Assembly (NCBI GenBank): GCA_963422375.2
Contig: OY729428.2
Location: forward strand, 2,080,001 to 2,144,000
Direction: 5' to 3'
Source of the DNA: Bryobacterales bacterium
GTDB lineage: Bacteria; Acidobacteriota; Terriglobia; Bryobacterales; UBA6623
DNA: 64,000 bases
Positions 32,959-43,378 of this stretch are shown in pieces (within the stretch, counting starts at the first letter, position 1; every line of letters begins with the position of its first letter). A model generated the notes under the pieces. That model ran no database searches and was not told where the DNA came from. It worked only from the letters and a program-made list of their open reading frames with translations. A program made the translations under genes and the position numbers.

Positions 32959-34006
32959 TTACCCACAAGACTCAGCCAAGGTTAGGAGGCGGTGAGGCAT
33001 GGGCGGGGTGCGCACGGAGGCGTGGAGCAGGCGGGGGACCAGCGCCTCCAGGTGGTAGCGGCGGTTGAAGCGGTAGCGGAACGCGGCGAGGTACCGCGGC
33101 AGGTGCTTGCCGTCGAGCGCATGGCAGGTTCCCGCCAGGGACTGCTTGACGTGCGCCAGCATCGTGTTGACCCGGACGAAGCGGGAATCCCCGCAGCTCC
33201 GCTGCCCGCCTGCGGTGACGGTCGGCACGTGCTCGCAGCCGGCGCCGGCCACGCCCCGCAAGCAGGCCAAGCCGTCGGAATGCACCTCCGTGCCGGGCTG
33301 CAGGTGCCGCCCGGCCCACGCTGCCAGCGTCTTCTTGCGGAAGCCCGCCACGCTGGCCACGCTGCTCATGCGCATCCTTGCCGGCTGGCCGGCGGCGCTG
33401 ACCTGCACGGCGGCGACGAACGGCGTCCTGCCCGCCGCGCCGCGCCCGCGCTGGCCGCCGCTCCGCTCCCCGCCCCGGTAGGCGTCGTCCGCCTGCACGA
33501 TGCCGCCCGGCGGCAGGCGCTCGTCGCGCTCCTTCATCACTTGCAAGAGCTTGTGCTTCATCTTCCAAGCCGTGTTCCGGCTCACGCCCGGCTGCCGCGC
33601 CAGTTCCAGCGACGAAACGCCGTGCTTGCCCTGCGTCAGCAGGTGGAGCGCCAGGAGCCGGACGGTCAGCGGCAGCTTGGTGGCGGCGAAGATCGTGCCG
33701 GCGACGAGGGAGGTCCGGCGGTGGCAGGCATGGCACTGCCAGAGCTTGCGGGAGCGGATGCGGCAGTGCCGGCGGGAGCCGCACCCCGGGCAGCGGAAGC
33801 CGTCCGGCCGCCGTCCGGCCAGCGGGCGTTGCAGACGGCCTGCTCGCATGGCCCCTCGCTGCCGTAGCGCTGCAGGAACTTGCCCGGGCTGAGTCCCTGC
33901 TGGAATTGCACGCGATTGCGTTTCATCTGCTATCCCCTTTCCTGTCAGAGATTTCCGACCTCCTCCAGTATAGCATATCCTCGGCTGACGTTCGTTGGTA
34001 ATCAGG
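32959..34006 (-). mobile_element. IS1595-family element copy 2 (transposase pseudogene 32959-33926)
   Basis: Close copy of 30893-31929 in the same orientation; GGTAATCAGG end intact, other IR lacks 5 bp; 11-bp duplication frameshift at 33799-33820. Confidence 0.9.
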
Positions 34007-34209
34007 TACGATTAAACGACACTGAATTCCGGATTTCTCGCAGTATTTCACAGTAGGAAGTCGCGGTATATTGTCTTGATTTCTGCTAGAAGACAAAATG
34101 ATTCCTTCCTGAACACTAGAGAACCCGTGATGCGGTAGAATTAGCGGAAAATGCAAAGGATAGATTCAATCATACCATGTTTTTGTGCGGGGAAACTGAG
34201 CCTAGAAAC

Positions 34210-34449
34210 CTAAGGCCACTTCCTTGTCTTAGCTTCGGACTTTCGCAAGAAGTTCCACATCATCTTGCACGGTTCCAAAAGGAAAAAAACGACGTCTTGC
34301 AATATGAGAAACAAAAATATGAGGCCCGGAATGCCTAGAGAAAGCCATTCATACACCGCGGATTCTCTCGAGTCCGACAAGAATCCGATCAAGCCAGCCG
34401 CTGTTCCCAGGACGAGCGGAACCGCTGCGACGGTGATGCCCCCTTTCAT
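34210..34449 (-). CDS. Hypothetical small two-TM protein (possibly a remnant)
   Basis: Two hydrophobic helices and a basic tail in an AT-richer stretch. Confidence 0.35.
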   Translation of the reverse strand: MKGGITVAAVPLVLGTAAGLIGFLSDSRESAVYEWLSLGIPGLIFLFLILQDVVFFLLEPCKMMWNFLRKSEAKTRKWP

Positions 34450-35442
34450 GTTGACGACCTTACCGAGTGCTTTGCGGCCCAGGCGTAGGGACCGGTAGCA
34501 AGAGGTCCCCCACGCGAGACCATGAGCCGAATCGGACCGGTCGATGCCGGGCTAGGATCCGACGTGCTTGCATCGGTGAGTCTCTGCCGAACCAGCCCGC
34601 GATCACTGGATTCGCGCTCGGTTTCCGCAACATCTTACAAACCCTCATGAAAGGCGACAGCTCACTCCGAATGCATGAGCTCGGGCACGAGCGCGACGCA
34701 CGGCCGTGGCGCACTCCACGGCGGAAAAGGTACGAGCAACTGCCTCTCCATCCCGGGCGGGGCGGATGCCCCGGACTGCGACTCCGAATTGTACCCGGAG
34801 TGCTCGGATTGAGTCCCGAATCCTGTCCCGCCTCGTGCCGAGGCCGGACAGGAAAGTGATCCGCGCGGCAAGGCGCCAGCGCAAAGCGAGCGCCCTACCG
34901 CTTCTGTCGCGCCAGCGCACGGAGTCCCCACTCCATCACCTTGGAGGCCCCCACCCGCCCGGGCGACGAGCCCACGTCCCGCATAATCCCCGTTCTTCCA
35001 CCAGGTGGCGAGCCACAGGAGGGCTGCCCCAGCGAGCCCTCCCTAGCCGGGAACTGGAATCGCAAGGTGGCCCCGCGAATTCCACTTCCGAAAGATACGG
35101 TGGGTGTGTACCTCCAGAAGCTGCGTGAGATGTCGGTGTCTCAAAGGAGGTCAACCCGCTAGGGTCAGCCTTGGGGCGAACTCTGCCTGTTGCGCTAGGG
35201 CCCGATTGCGAGGAATCGTCGTGGCGACACGTTTGGGCCCACCTAGCCATCCAGCAAGCATCGTTACTCGCCGGGCTTGCTCGATGCCACGGCACGCGGC
35301 GCGAATTGCCTCGAGCAACGTTGCACTTCCAAGTTGGCATTCAGGGCCGTTCCGGGCCACGGTAGCGGCAGCGAGAGACGAGCCGCAATCCCGAGGCGCA
35401 TGACCCTGCGTAGCCAAGGTGCCCGGCACTGCCCGCTCGAAT

Positions 35443-36273
35443 TCACTCGATGCGGAAGCTGATGTCGGCCGCAGGCGCGGAATGGGTCAATGCGCCCACC
35501 GAAGCGAAATCTGCCCCGGCGTCGGCGTAGGCCCGGATCGTGTCGAGACCGATATTCCCCGAGACCTCGACCCTGGCCCGGCCGCCGATGCGACCGATGG
35601 CGCACGCCACCTCGTCCGGGCTGAAGTTGTCGAGGAGGATGAGGCCGGCCCCGCAAGCAAGCGCCTCCTCGAGTTCGCGAATGCTCCTCACTTCGATCTC
35701 GACCGAGAGGCCCGTACTGGCGCATCTCTCCAGCGCGGGCCGGATTCCCCCGGCCGCCTCGATGTGGTTGTTCTTGATCAGAATGGCATCGAAGAGGCCG
35801 GTGCGATGGTTGGAGCCGCCGCCCGCGCGCACGGACAGCTTGTCGATCAGGCGCATGCCGGGCGCAGTCTTCCGGGTGTCGAGAAGCGTGCAGGCCGTTC
35901 CCCGGAGGATCTCGGCGTAGCGCCGTGCGTGCGTTGCTACGCCGCAGGTCCTCTGCAACAGGTTCAGGGCGGTGCGTTCGAGCGTTAGCAGCCGCCGGGC
36001 GGAGCCGCGCACGCGGGCTAGGATCTGGCCCTTCCTGACCGCAGCACCGTCGGGGTGGAGCACCCGAGATTCCTCGCCCGAATAGACCAGTTTCAGCAAC
36101 GGGCCCCCCGCTAGGACGAGGTCCTGCTTCGGCAGGAAGAAGCCGCTCGCCTCGTGGTCGTCCGCAAGGCAGGCCTCGGTCGTGACGTCCCCGCTGCCGA
36201 TGTCCTCGCGCAGGGCGAGCCTGATCAGCTCGCGGATCTGCGGGTGGTCCCAAGAGCAGGCATCGACGGTCAT
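35443..36273 (-). CDS. nadC: Nicotinate-nucleotide pyrophosphorylase (quinolinate phosphoribosyltransferase)
   Basis: EDIGSGDVTT, DTRKT, NHRTGL, LLDNF, SVGALTHSA; start overlaps the upstream stop. Confidence 0.96.
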   Translation of the reverse strand: MTVDACSWDHPQIRELIRLALREDIGSGDVTTEACLADDHEASGFFLPKQDLVLAGGPLLKLVYSGEESRVLHPDGAAVRKGQILARVRGSARRLLTLERTALNLLQRTCGVATHARRYAEILRGTACTLLDTRKTAPGMRLIDKLSVRAGGGSNHRTGLFDAILIKNNHIEAAGGIRPALERCASTGLSVEIEVRSIRELEEALACGAGLILLDNFSPDEVACAIGRIGGRARVEVSGNIGLDTIRAYADAGADFASVGALTHSAPAADISFRIE

Positions 36274-37262
36274 GGTCCGGGAGCCTCGCATCGAGCGGGC
36301 GACGATGCGGAGAACAGGACCCGAGTCGCTGCGTAGATCGCTCTGAGTGTCGGGACGGTAACTCGGTTTCTCTCCGCGAGCTCGACAACCGAGCCCAGCA
36401 GGGCGTCGATCTCGGGCTCCCTGCCGCGGTCGAGATCTTGGAGCATTGAAGTGCGATGGCTGCCTGCGGCCCGGACGCCGTCGATGCGGCGCTCGTTCGA
36501 CACGGCGATCCGCACGCCGACAGCGGAGGCGACCTCGCGGATCTCGTCCATTTGGTCCCTCACAAGCCGAAGTCCGTACCGGGAACCGATCAACTCGGAC
36601 AAGGTGGTGCGCGTCAGTGCGCTGAGGGGATTGACAGCCCCGTTGCCAAGGAGCTTGACCCAGAGCTCGTGACGGATGTCGTTACGCACCGGCGCCTTCA
36701 TGCCGACGTTGCGAAGCGCCTCGGACAGCGCTAGGACGCGTTCCGTGCGACCTCCGGCCGGTTCACCGAGCGGCAGCCGCGCGCCTGTCGAGTGAGCCAC
36801 CTCTCCCGGCGCAGGCATCGAGCAGGAGAAGTAGACGATCGAGCCGATCACTAGATCCGGCGGGATGTGCCGAGCGATGACGCCGCCAGGATCGACAGCC
36901 ATGATCGGAGCGTCCTCGCCCCGGGCGCCGTACGAATACCACCAAGGAAGCCCGTTCTGGGTGGAGACGAACGCCGTGCGTGGCCCCCTCAGGGGTCCGA
37001 CATGGGGCGCAACCTGCGTGAGGGCGCTCGCCTTGACCCCGAGGATGACGTAGTCCGACGGCCCGACGGCCTCGGTCCGGGCAACTGCTCGCACCTTGTA
37101 AGTCCGATCGCCGAACAAGGCGCTGCGAACCATTAGCCCGCTGCGCGACAGCGCTTCGAGGTTGCGGCCCCTCGCGATGAAATGCACGTCGTGACCGCCC
37201 TCTAGGAGGCGGGCACCGAGAAAGCCTCCGACGGCGCCCGCTCCGTAAATAGCGAATTTCAA
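36270..37262 (-). CDS. panE: Ketopantoate reductase (ApbA/PanE) family
   Basis: GAGAVG, QNG, WVKLLGN, TSMLQDL..GREPEID. Confidence 0.85.
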   Translation of the reverse strand: MKFAIYGAGAVGGFLGARLLEGGHDVHFIARGRNLEALSRSGLMVRSALFGDRTYKVRAVARTEAVGPSDYVILGVKASALTQVAPHVGPLRGPRTAFVSTQNGLPWWYSYGARGEDAPIMAVDPGGVIARHIPPDLVIGSIVYFSCSMPAPGEVAHSTGARLPLGEPAGGRTERVLALSEALRNVGMKAPVRNDIRHELWVKLLGNGAVNPLSALTRTTLSELIGSRYGLRLVRDQMDEIREVASAVGVRIAVSNERRIDGVRAAGSHRTSMLQDLDRGREPEIDALLGSVVELAERNRVTVPTLRAIYAATRVLFSASSPARCEAPGP

Positions 37263-37271
37263 GGTGCTCGC

Positions 37272-37901
37272 CTACCGCAGCGCAGCGCGCATGCCTGCTT
37301 CGAGCTCGTCCAGCGCGTCCGAGAAGAAGTGGTCGGCGGCCTCGATCCAGGTGATCTGCCGCGGTTGGGCCGCGGAGTGGAGCACTCGCTCCATGCTCGG
37401 CCGGCTGCCGTACTCGTCCCGCGTGCTATGGACGAAGTGCTTGGGACAGAGGCACTTTCCCAGAAAGGCGAAGTCACCTCGGCCCACAGGCGTGCCGACC
37501 GCGATCACGCGGTTCACCGCGGGGTTACCGCAGGACACGCGCAACGACACCCTCGCTCCGAAGGAGAAGCCGCCTACGATCAACGGCACGCCAGGATAGC
37601 GGTCTTGGACGTACCGTAATGCGGCTCGCAGGTCATCCTGCTCGCCGCGGCCCGCGTCGTAGGTGCCGCTGCTCGTGCCGACGCCGCGGTAGTTGAATCG
37701 CAGGACGGATGCGCCGTCGGCGCGGGCGGCCCTGGCCATCCTGTATACGACCTTGTTGTGCATCGTGCCGCCGTACTGCGGGTGGGGGTGGCACACGACC
37801 ACGACCCTCTCAATCCGACCCGGCGTCTCCGGCTCCTCGAGCAGGGACTCCAGACGGCCGGCCGGGCCGGCGATGTGGATGGACTGGAGCGTTCGGGCCA
37901 C
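37272..37901 (-). CDS. Alpha/beta hydrolase
   Basis: HPHPQYGGTMHNKVV, GFSFG, ADHFF. Confidence 0.9.
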   Translation of the reverse strand: MARTLQSIHIAGPAGRLESLLEEPETPGRIERVVVVCHPHPQYGGTMHNKVVYRMARAARADGASVLRFNYRGVGTSSGTYDAGRGEQDDLRAALRYVQDRYPGVPLIVGGFSFGARVSLRVSCGNPAVNRVIAVGTPVGRGDFAFLGKCLCPKHFVHSTRDEYGSRPSMERVLHSAAQPRQITWIEAADHFFSDALDELEAGMRAALR

Positions 37902-38394
37902 GGGCTAGGCGGGCAGCTGCGGCAGGACCGCGCCGCTGCGCAACGGGCCTGCCTCTCGAAACAAGCACGGGCCTGTGCAGCGTCGGCGCGGCGCGAGCCG
38001 CAGGCAACCGGTTTCAAGTCCATTATGGCCGGACAGCGCGAGACTGCAGGCCATCGGATTCGGGCACTCCCCGCGGGCCCGTGCCGTCGGCCGACTGGAA
38101 GTACAGCGACCGTAGTGGTAACCAGAGCTGACCGAGAGTCACGACTGGACCCTAGCCGCTCTCGGTGCCTCCCGGCCTCGGTACTACACCGCGGACGGAG
38201 ATCTCGGGCGGAGCGTCTCGCGGCGACCGGGCGTGCGCACCGACACTTGTCGCCCGCTCGTTGCTCCCTCGGCGAGAAGCGCCATATGGCCGTATGATTG
38301 TGGCCGGATGAACCGTTGGACAGGAACATTCGGTCAGTGGCGTGGAGCGCGTCGGCGCCCGTGCGCGGAGTACCGAGCTCCGCCCTCTCGCCGC

Positions 38395-39920
38395 ATGCGG
38401 TCATTCCAAGCCTGCCTGTTCGCGCTGTTCGCCGCGTCCTGCGGTGCTAGGCATCCGAACGCGCTTCCGGAATGGCCGAGCGTACTGTTCATCGCTGTGG
38501 ATGACCTGAACGTGGACCTCGGAGCGTACGGCGAGCTGGATGACCTGAACGTGGACCTCGGAGCGTACGGCGAGCACCCCACCGCCAAGACGCCAAACAT
38601 CGACCGCCTGGCATCGCAAGGCGTTCGATTCGACCGTGCGTACGCCCAAGACCCGCTGTGCAACCCGTCACGCACCTCGCTGCTGAGCGGCAGGAGGCCC
38701 GCCTCGACCCAGGTCTACGGCAACTTCGTCGAACCGCGTAGTCAGATCGGTTCGGTGGTCATGCTGCCCGAGCATTTCCGCACGCACGGATATTTCACCG
38801 CACGGGTCGGCAAGATCGCCCACGGGCGCTACGAGGACTCCGTCGAGTGGGACATATCCGAAATGCCGCGAGGCGCGAGTATTACCTGCCGGGGGCGGAC
38901 AGCTCAGAGGTACGGGACAACTCCTGGATCGATGGATCCGAAAACGGTCTGTCGAGGGCCGAGATTCTGAACCACTTAAACCGCCCGACCGGCATGCCTC
39001 TGACATGGCGCGCCACGGACGAGACCGAGGCTGAGACGCCGGACGGCCAGACCGCTCGCAGGGTCATCGAGATCATGCGCGCCAACCGCGACAGGCCCTT
39101 CTTCATCGGCGCGGGATTCCACAAGCCCCATCAGCCCTGGGTCGCCCCGGCATCGTTCTGCGAGCAGCACCAGGTGGCGAACGTCGAACTCGCGGGAGGC
39201 CCTGCTGACGACCGCCGCGACATACCGCCTCCCGCGCTGAGCGGCTACCCCGAGGATGGGGACCACACCGCGAAGCAAAAGCGCCAGGCTATCGCCGCCT
39301 ACCACGCGACAGTGACGCTGGTCGATGTCCAAGTCGGCTTGCTCATGGAGGCCCTCGCCGAGCTCGGACTGGACGGAACGACAATCGTCGTGTTCTTCAG
39401 CGATCACGGGTTCCATCTCGACGAGCACGGCGGTCTCTGGCGCAAGCACACGCAGTTCGAGGAATCGACCCGGGTGCCTCTCATTGTCCGCGCGCCCGGA
39501 GGCCTCTCGGGAGTTGCTACTGACGCCCTCGTCGAACTCGTGGATCTCTATCCGACGCTCGCGGACCTGTGCGGCCTACCGATTCCGGAGGGCTTGGAAG
39601 GGACGAGCTTCAGGCCCGTGCTGGAAGACCCCGAGATTCCATGGAAGCCGGCTGTCTTCTCGGAACTCCAGCGGAGCCGCTGGCATGGACGGTCAATTCG
39701 AACGGCAAGCCACCGGTATACGGAATGGTCTCCCCTTGAAGGAGACGACGAGGCTCTGCTCGAGATGTACGATCTCGAAAACGACCCCAGAGAATTCACG
39801 AATATCGCGATGATGGCCGAGCACGCCGAACTTCGGCTGGAGCTAGCAGGAGCGCTGAAGAACGGATGGCGCGGGGCTCTTCCCGCGCCCCTTGCGAAAA
39901 GCAGCAGGGTCATCGAATAG
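38395..39920 (+). pseudogene. Sulfatase (iduronate/choline-sulfatase-like lipoprotein), frameshifted near 38862
   Basis: Lipobox-like FAASC; CNPSRTS, GKIAH, HKPH, SDHG; two ORFs joined by one missing A. Confidence 0.85.
38498..38575 (+). repeat. Perfect 39-bp tandem duplication, in frame
   Basis: TGGATGACCTGAACGTGGACCTCGGAGCGTACGGCGAGC twice (DDLNVDLGAYGE x2). Confidence 0.95.
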
Positions 39921-41590
39921 CGATTCTAATTTTGGCCATCAAGGGGGTGCGTGAGAGTTGATTAGGAGGATGAGATGAACAAGTCGACCGCGAGGTCGCG
40001 CTACTGAGGCCGCCCCGCGGGAGCGTCGGACGGCGGGCAGGGTCGTGGCGCGGCCCGCGTCGCGGGTCCGCCGAGTGCCGAGCCCGCGGCCGGACGCACT
40101 CCGGCGGTAGCCGGCTGCGACGGTCGGACGCTGGCCGGACGCTGCCGGCACGCAACTGCGCGGAGTCCAGGCCCCGGCTGCCTGGCAGCCCGGCGGCGCG
40201 CGTCCGTCGCGCACCGCCGCCAGCAGCGTCGGCCGGTCCGGGAAGCGGAACCAGCGCAGCGCGACCTGCAGCTCCCGGAACAGGGCGCGGCGCGTGACCG
40301 GCTGGCGCCGGCACTGCCGCCGCAGCGCGCAGACGCACTGCACCACGGCGTGGAGCGCGAAGGCGAACAGGTTCGGCACGGCCGGCACGTTGGCCAGCCC
40401 GTCCTTGCCGTGCCCGAAGTTGCGCTTGCAGTTGCGGCCGTGCCGCGCCAGGCAGTTGCAGCCCTCGTTCTCGATCTTCCAGCGCGCCCGGCCGGCCCGC
40501 GCGATCCGCTCCGCGTTGTCCGCGGTGACCGCGAGACCGGCGAAGAAGCTGCTGGCGCAGGTGCGCTTGCCGTCGCGCTCCACGGCGTACTCGAGCCAAG
40601 TGCCCCGCAGGGCGTCGCGGCCCTGGCGCAGGGGCACCGCGGCCGTCCAGCGGAAACGGTGCCGCTCGGAGCGCTTGCCCTTCCCGCGCCGCGGCAGCCA
40701 GCCGGTCGAGCGCACCGCGCCGCTCGCCCGCCGGCTCTCCGGCACCTCGTACCAGTGCTTGCGGGATCCGGGCTTGCATGCCCGGATGCAGTCCATGCCG
40801 GCCGCCGCGGCGGCAGGCCTGCAGCCAGGCGCCGCGAGCGGCGATCCGGCGCTTGGCGGCGTTGCGCTCGCAGTCCCGCTTGCGCTCGTCCTCGCTCATG
40901 TCGGCGCGGGTCGCGGCCGCGTCCTGCTGCGGGCACGCGAACTCGGGCATCAGCGGCAGGACGGTGGCGTGGCCGTCGGCCACCGCGGTGGCCGACGGCC
41001 ATGGTCTGGAAGTGATGCGGCCGGCGCTCGCTGCCGGCGCGCCGCACCGAGCACTGCGGGCAATGCACCCTGTCGGAGCGGTGGAACCGGACGCCGTCCG
41101 GAGCCGCCGGCAGGCGCTCGTCGAGGCGCTGGAAGGGCTCGAGCGCGCCCTGCGCGGCCACGGTTGCGAGGCACGGCCGGAACGGCGGGTCGAACGCGGC
41201 CGGGTCGAGGTCGTCGAGCAAGTTGCGGATCCGGTGGTCGCAGGGGATGCGGCCCGCGCCGCACAGGGTCCGGCAGTTGCAGCGGGAGCCGTCCCGCTCC
41301 ATGCGCCGCTGGAACGCGAGCAACGACTCGCACCGGGTGAAGAAGCAGGCCGGGGCGCACCAGGGCGCAACCGGCGGCGTCGCTGACCGCGTAGCGCGTG
41401 TTGCTGCGACCCTCGCGCCGGTCGGGCCGGCCGGCGGCCGTCCCGCGGAAGGCGCTCGGCAGCGCGTCCAGGACATGGGGCATGCACCCTAGCTCACACA
41501 TTCCGCTAGCAAAAGTCAAGTGCCAGACTGCCTTCGACACCTTTCTCAGACACTCTGGAAATCCCAAAATGCCCAAATTGAGAATCGCTG
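39918..41590 (-). mobile_element. ISNCY-like IS with a multiply frameshifted transposase
   Basis: Imperfect IRs TAGCGATTCTAATTTTGG and the reverse complement CAGCGATTCTCAATTTGG; motifs DCERNAAKR, GRARWKIENE, NFGHG spread over several frames. Confidence 0.82.
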
Positions 41591-42044
41591 ATCCGCAGCT
41601 GCTTCCGCTCCAGCTCCTAGGTGAAGTCCGGGGCGCAGGCGGGCGCGTCCGGCACCGTAGGAATACTGGGTTCCGGTCTCAGCTGCATAGAGTATCGCGA
41701 GGCCTCGTCCCTGGACCAACGCAGCCCCGTCCGGTCCGAATTGAAATTCGATCGGCTTGAAGCCAGCACGCCGACCTCGCCGCGGAAAGGATTGAGCTGC
41801 TAGGTCGTCGCGGACCGGCACCATGAGGCCGTGCCCGGGAGCGTCGCGGGATTAGCGGTCGGGGCTCGGCGCATCTGACGGGGCAGGCCCCCGGGGCGCA
41901 CTTCTCGGGATGGTCGCAAGAAGGGAATTGCCTGAAGCCCGCGGACCCGAGCGTGTCGGATCCCATAGGGGACACGACACGGGCCGGATCCCAACCGACG
42001 GGCGGTGAGGGCCGGGTATGAAAGCCGCACAATGCGCAAGGGGT

Positions 42045-42398
42045 TGGTGGAGGCGGCGGGAATCGAACCCGCGTCCGAAAGAGACCGCCGGAGAGAGCCT
42101 ACATGCTTAGTCCGTTCGAGAGTCTCGACCGCGGCTTGGGAACGAACAAGCCGTCCGCGATCCAGCCCGATTAATCTCGGCCCCGAGACTCCGAGCAGAA
42201 GTCTCGACGCCCATCTCGCGAGGTGACACCTCCGGCCGATATGCGAGCCCGTCGGCTGAGGCGGCTGCCTAGAGACTAGGCAGCGTGTGCAAACTGCAAA
42301 TCGTTGGCAGTTCTGGTTGTCCGATCGTTTTACGGGTGCTCGGAACCCGGCATGCCTCTCAGCAGCGATTGCAATTCCGTCGAAGCCTGTGCGCCCCC
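42045..42398 (-). ncRNA. ssrA: tmRNA, tag peptide ANDLQFAHAA (42276-42308)
   Basis: 5' GGGGGCG..TTCGAC; 3' T-arm GCGGGTTCGATTCCCGC and CGCCTCCACCA with G3-U wobble; tag ends AA-stop in a hairpin. Confidence 0.95.
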
Positions 42399-42620
42399 CC
42401 TTCCTCGACCGCCTTCCGGCGACCGCCCTCATCGTAACAGGCGCCGACTGGCCTGTCAATGCACGTCGAGACATTCGAGCAATACGCTCCAGGACCTGTC
42501 GGCTGCTATGTCTCTCGCGCAATCCCGCGGGTGCAAGCATGAGTCTCCCGTCGCGCTTGGACTCCGCCCGGCCGGTCTGCCTCACCTGTTGCGGCTCTCG
42601 GTTAGTGCTACGATCTCCGG

Positions 42621-43022
42621 TTGCAACGCAAGACACTCGTGTTGCTCGCCGTAGTAATCGTCTCGAACTCCCTAGGCAACGTCGCCTTGGGCTACGGCAT
42701 GAGGGGCGCGCCCAACTACAGTTCCTACTCGCCCCTCGATCTGGTCAGGTCCGGGGTCGCGAACCTCGCCGACCCATGGGTGATGGTCGCGGTCTGTCTC
42801 CTTGCGGTGTTCTTCGCGGCGCACTCCCTGGTCCTGAGCTGGACGGACCTCAGCTACGTCCTCCTCGTAACCTCGATCGGCTACGTCTTGACCGCGTTGC
42901 TGAGCGCGACGCTGCTAGGCGAGACGGTTACGCCAGGCCGTTGGGCGGGCACCATACTCGTCACCTGCGGCGTGGGCGTGGTCGGCTCGACTCCAAGTTC
43001 GACCGTCGAGGAGCGGCCATGA
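42621..43022 (+). CDS. EamA/SMR-like small membrane protein
   Basis: 4 TM; WTDLSYV, LLGETVTPGRWAG. Confidence 0.82.
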   Translation: MQRKTLVLLAVVIVSNSLGNVALGYGMRGAPNYSSYSPLDLVRSGVANLADPWVMVAVCLLAVFFAAHSLVLSWTDLSYVLLVTSIGYVLTALLSATLLGETVTPGRWAGTILVTCGVGVVGSTPSSTVEERP

Positions 43023-43378
43023 CGCTGTTCCTGCTCGCCGTCGTAGTCGCCGGGGGCGTCGCCGGGGATCTCCTGAAGGCTTATGCCATGCGAAGGCAGG
43101 GCGCTCCGCGCTCATTCCAGAGGCGGGCTCTAGGGCGATACGCCGTCTCCGTCCTGCGCACCTCTTGGTTCGCATTCGCGCTGGCGGCGTATACAGTCTC
43201 GTTCTTCGGATTCATGGCCTTGCTCTCGGTCCAGGACGTGAGCTTTGCCGTCCCCGCGACCGCGCTGGGCTACGCGCTGGAGACGATGCTCGCTGCGTTC
43301 GTCCTGCGGGAGAGGGTGAGCGTCCGCCGGTGGACGGGCGCCGCGTTGGTGACGGCCGGGGTCTGTCTGATCGTGTAG
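43019..43378 (+). CDS. EamA/SMR-like small membrane protein (second of the pair)
   Basis: ATGA overlap; DVSFAVPAT, LRERVSVRRWTG. Confidence 0.82.
   Translation: MTLFLLAVVVAGGVAGDLLKAYAMRRQGAPRSFQRRALGRYAVSVLRTSWFAFALAAYTVSFFGFMALLSVQDVSFAVPATALGYALETMLAAFVLRERVSVRRWTGAALVTAGVCLIV

Noticed and set aside
31930..35440. Diversity-generating retroelement targeting the FGE domain
   Set aside because: FGE/C-type-lectin folds are known DGR targets, but I see no reverse transcriptase and no template repeat differing at adenines in the window.
38498..38575. CRISPR-like repeat
   Set aside because: Two abutting copies with no spacer, inside a coding frame, and no cas genes.
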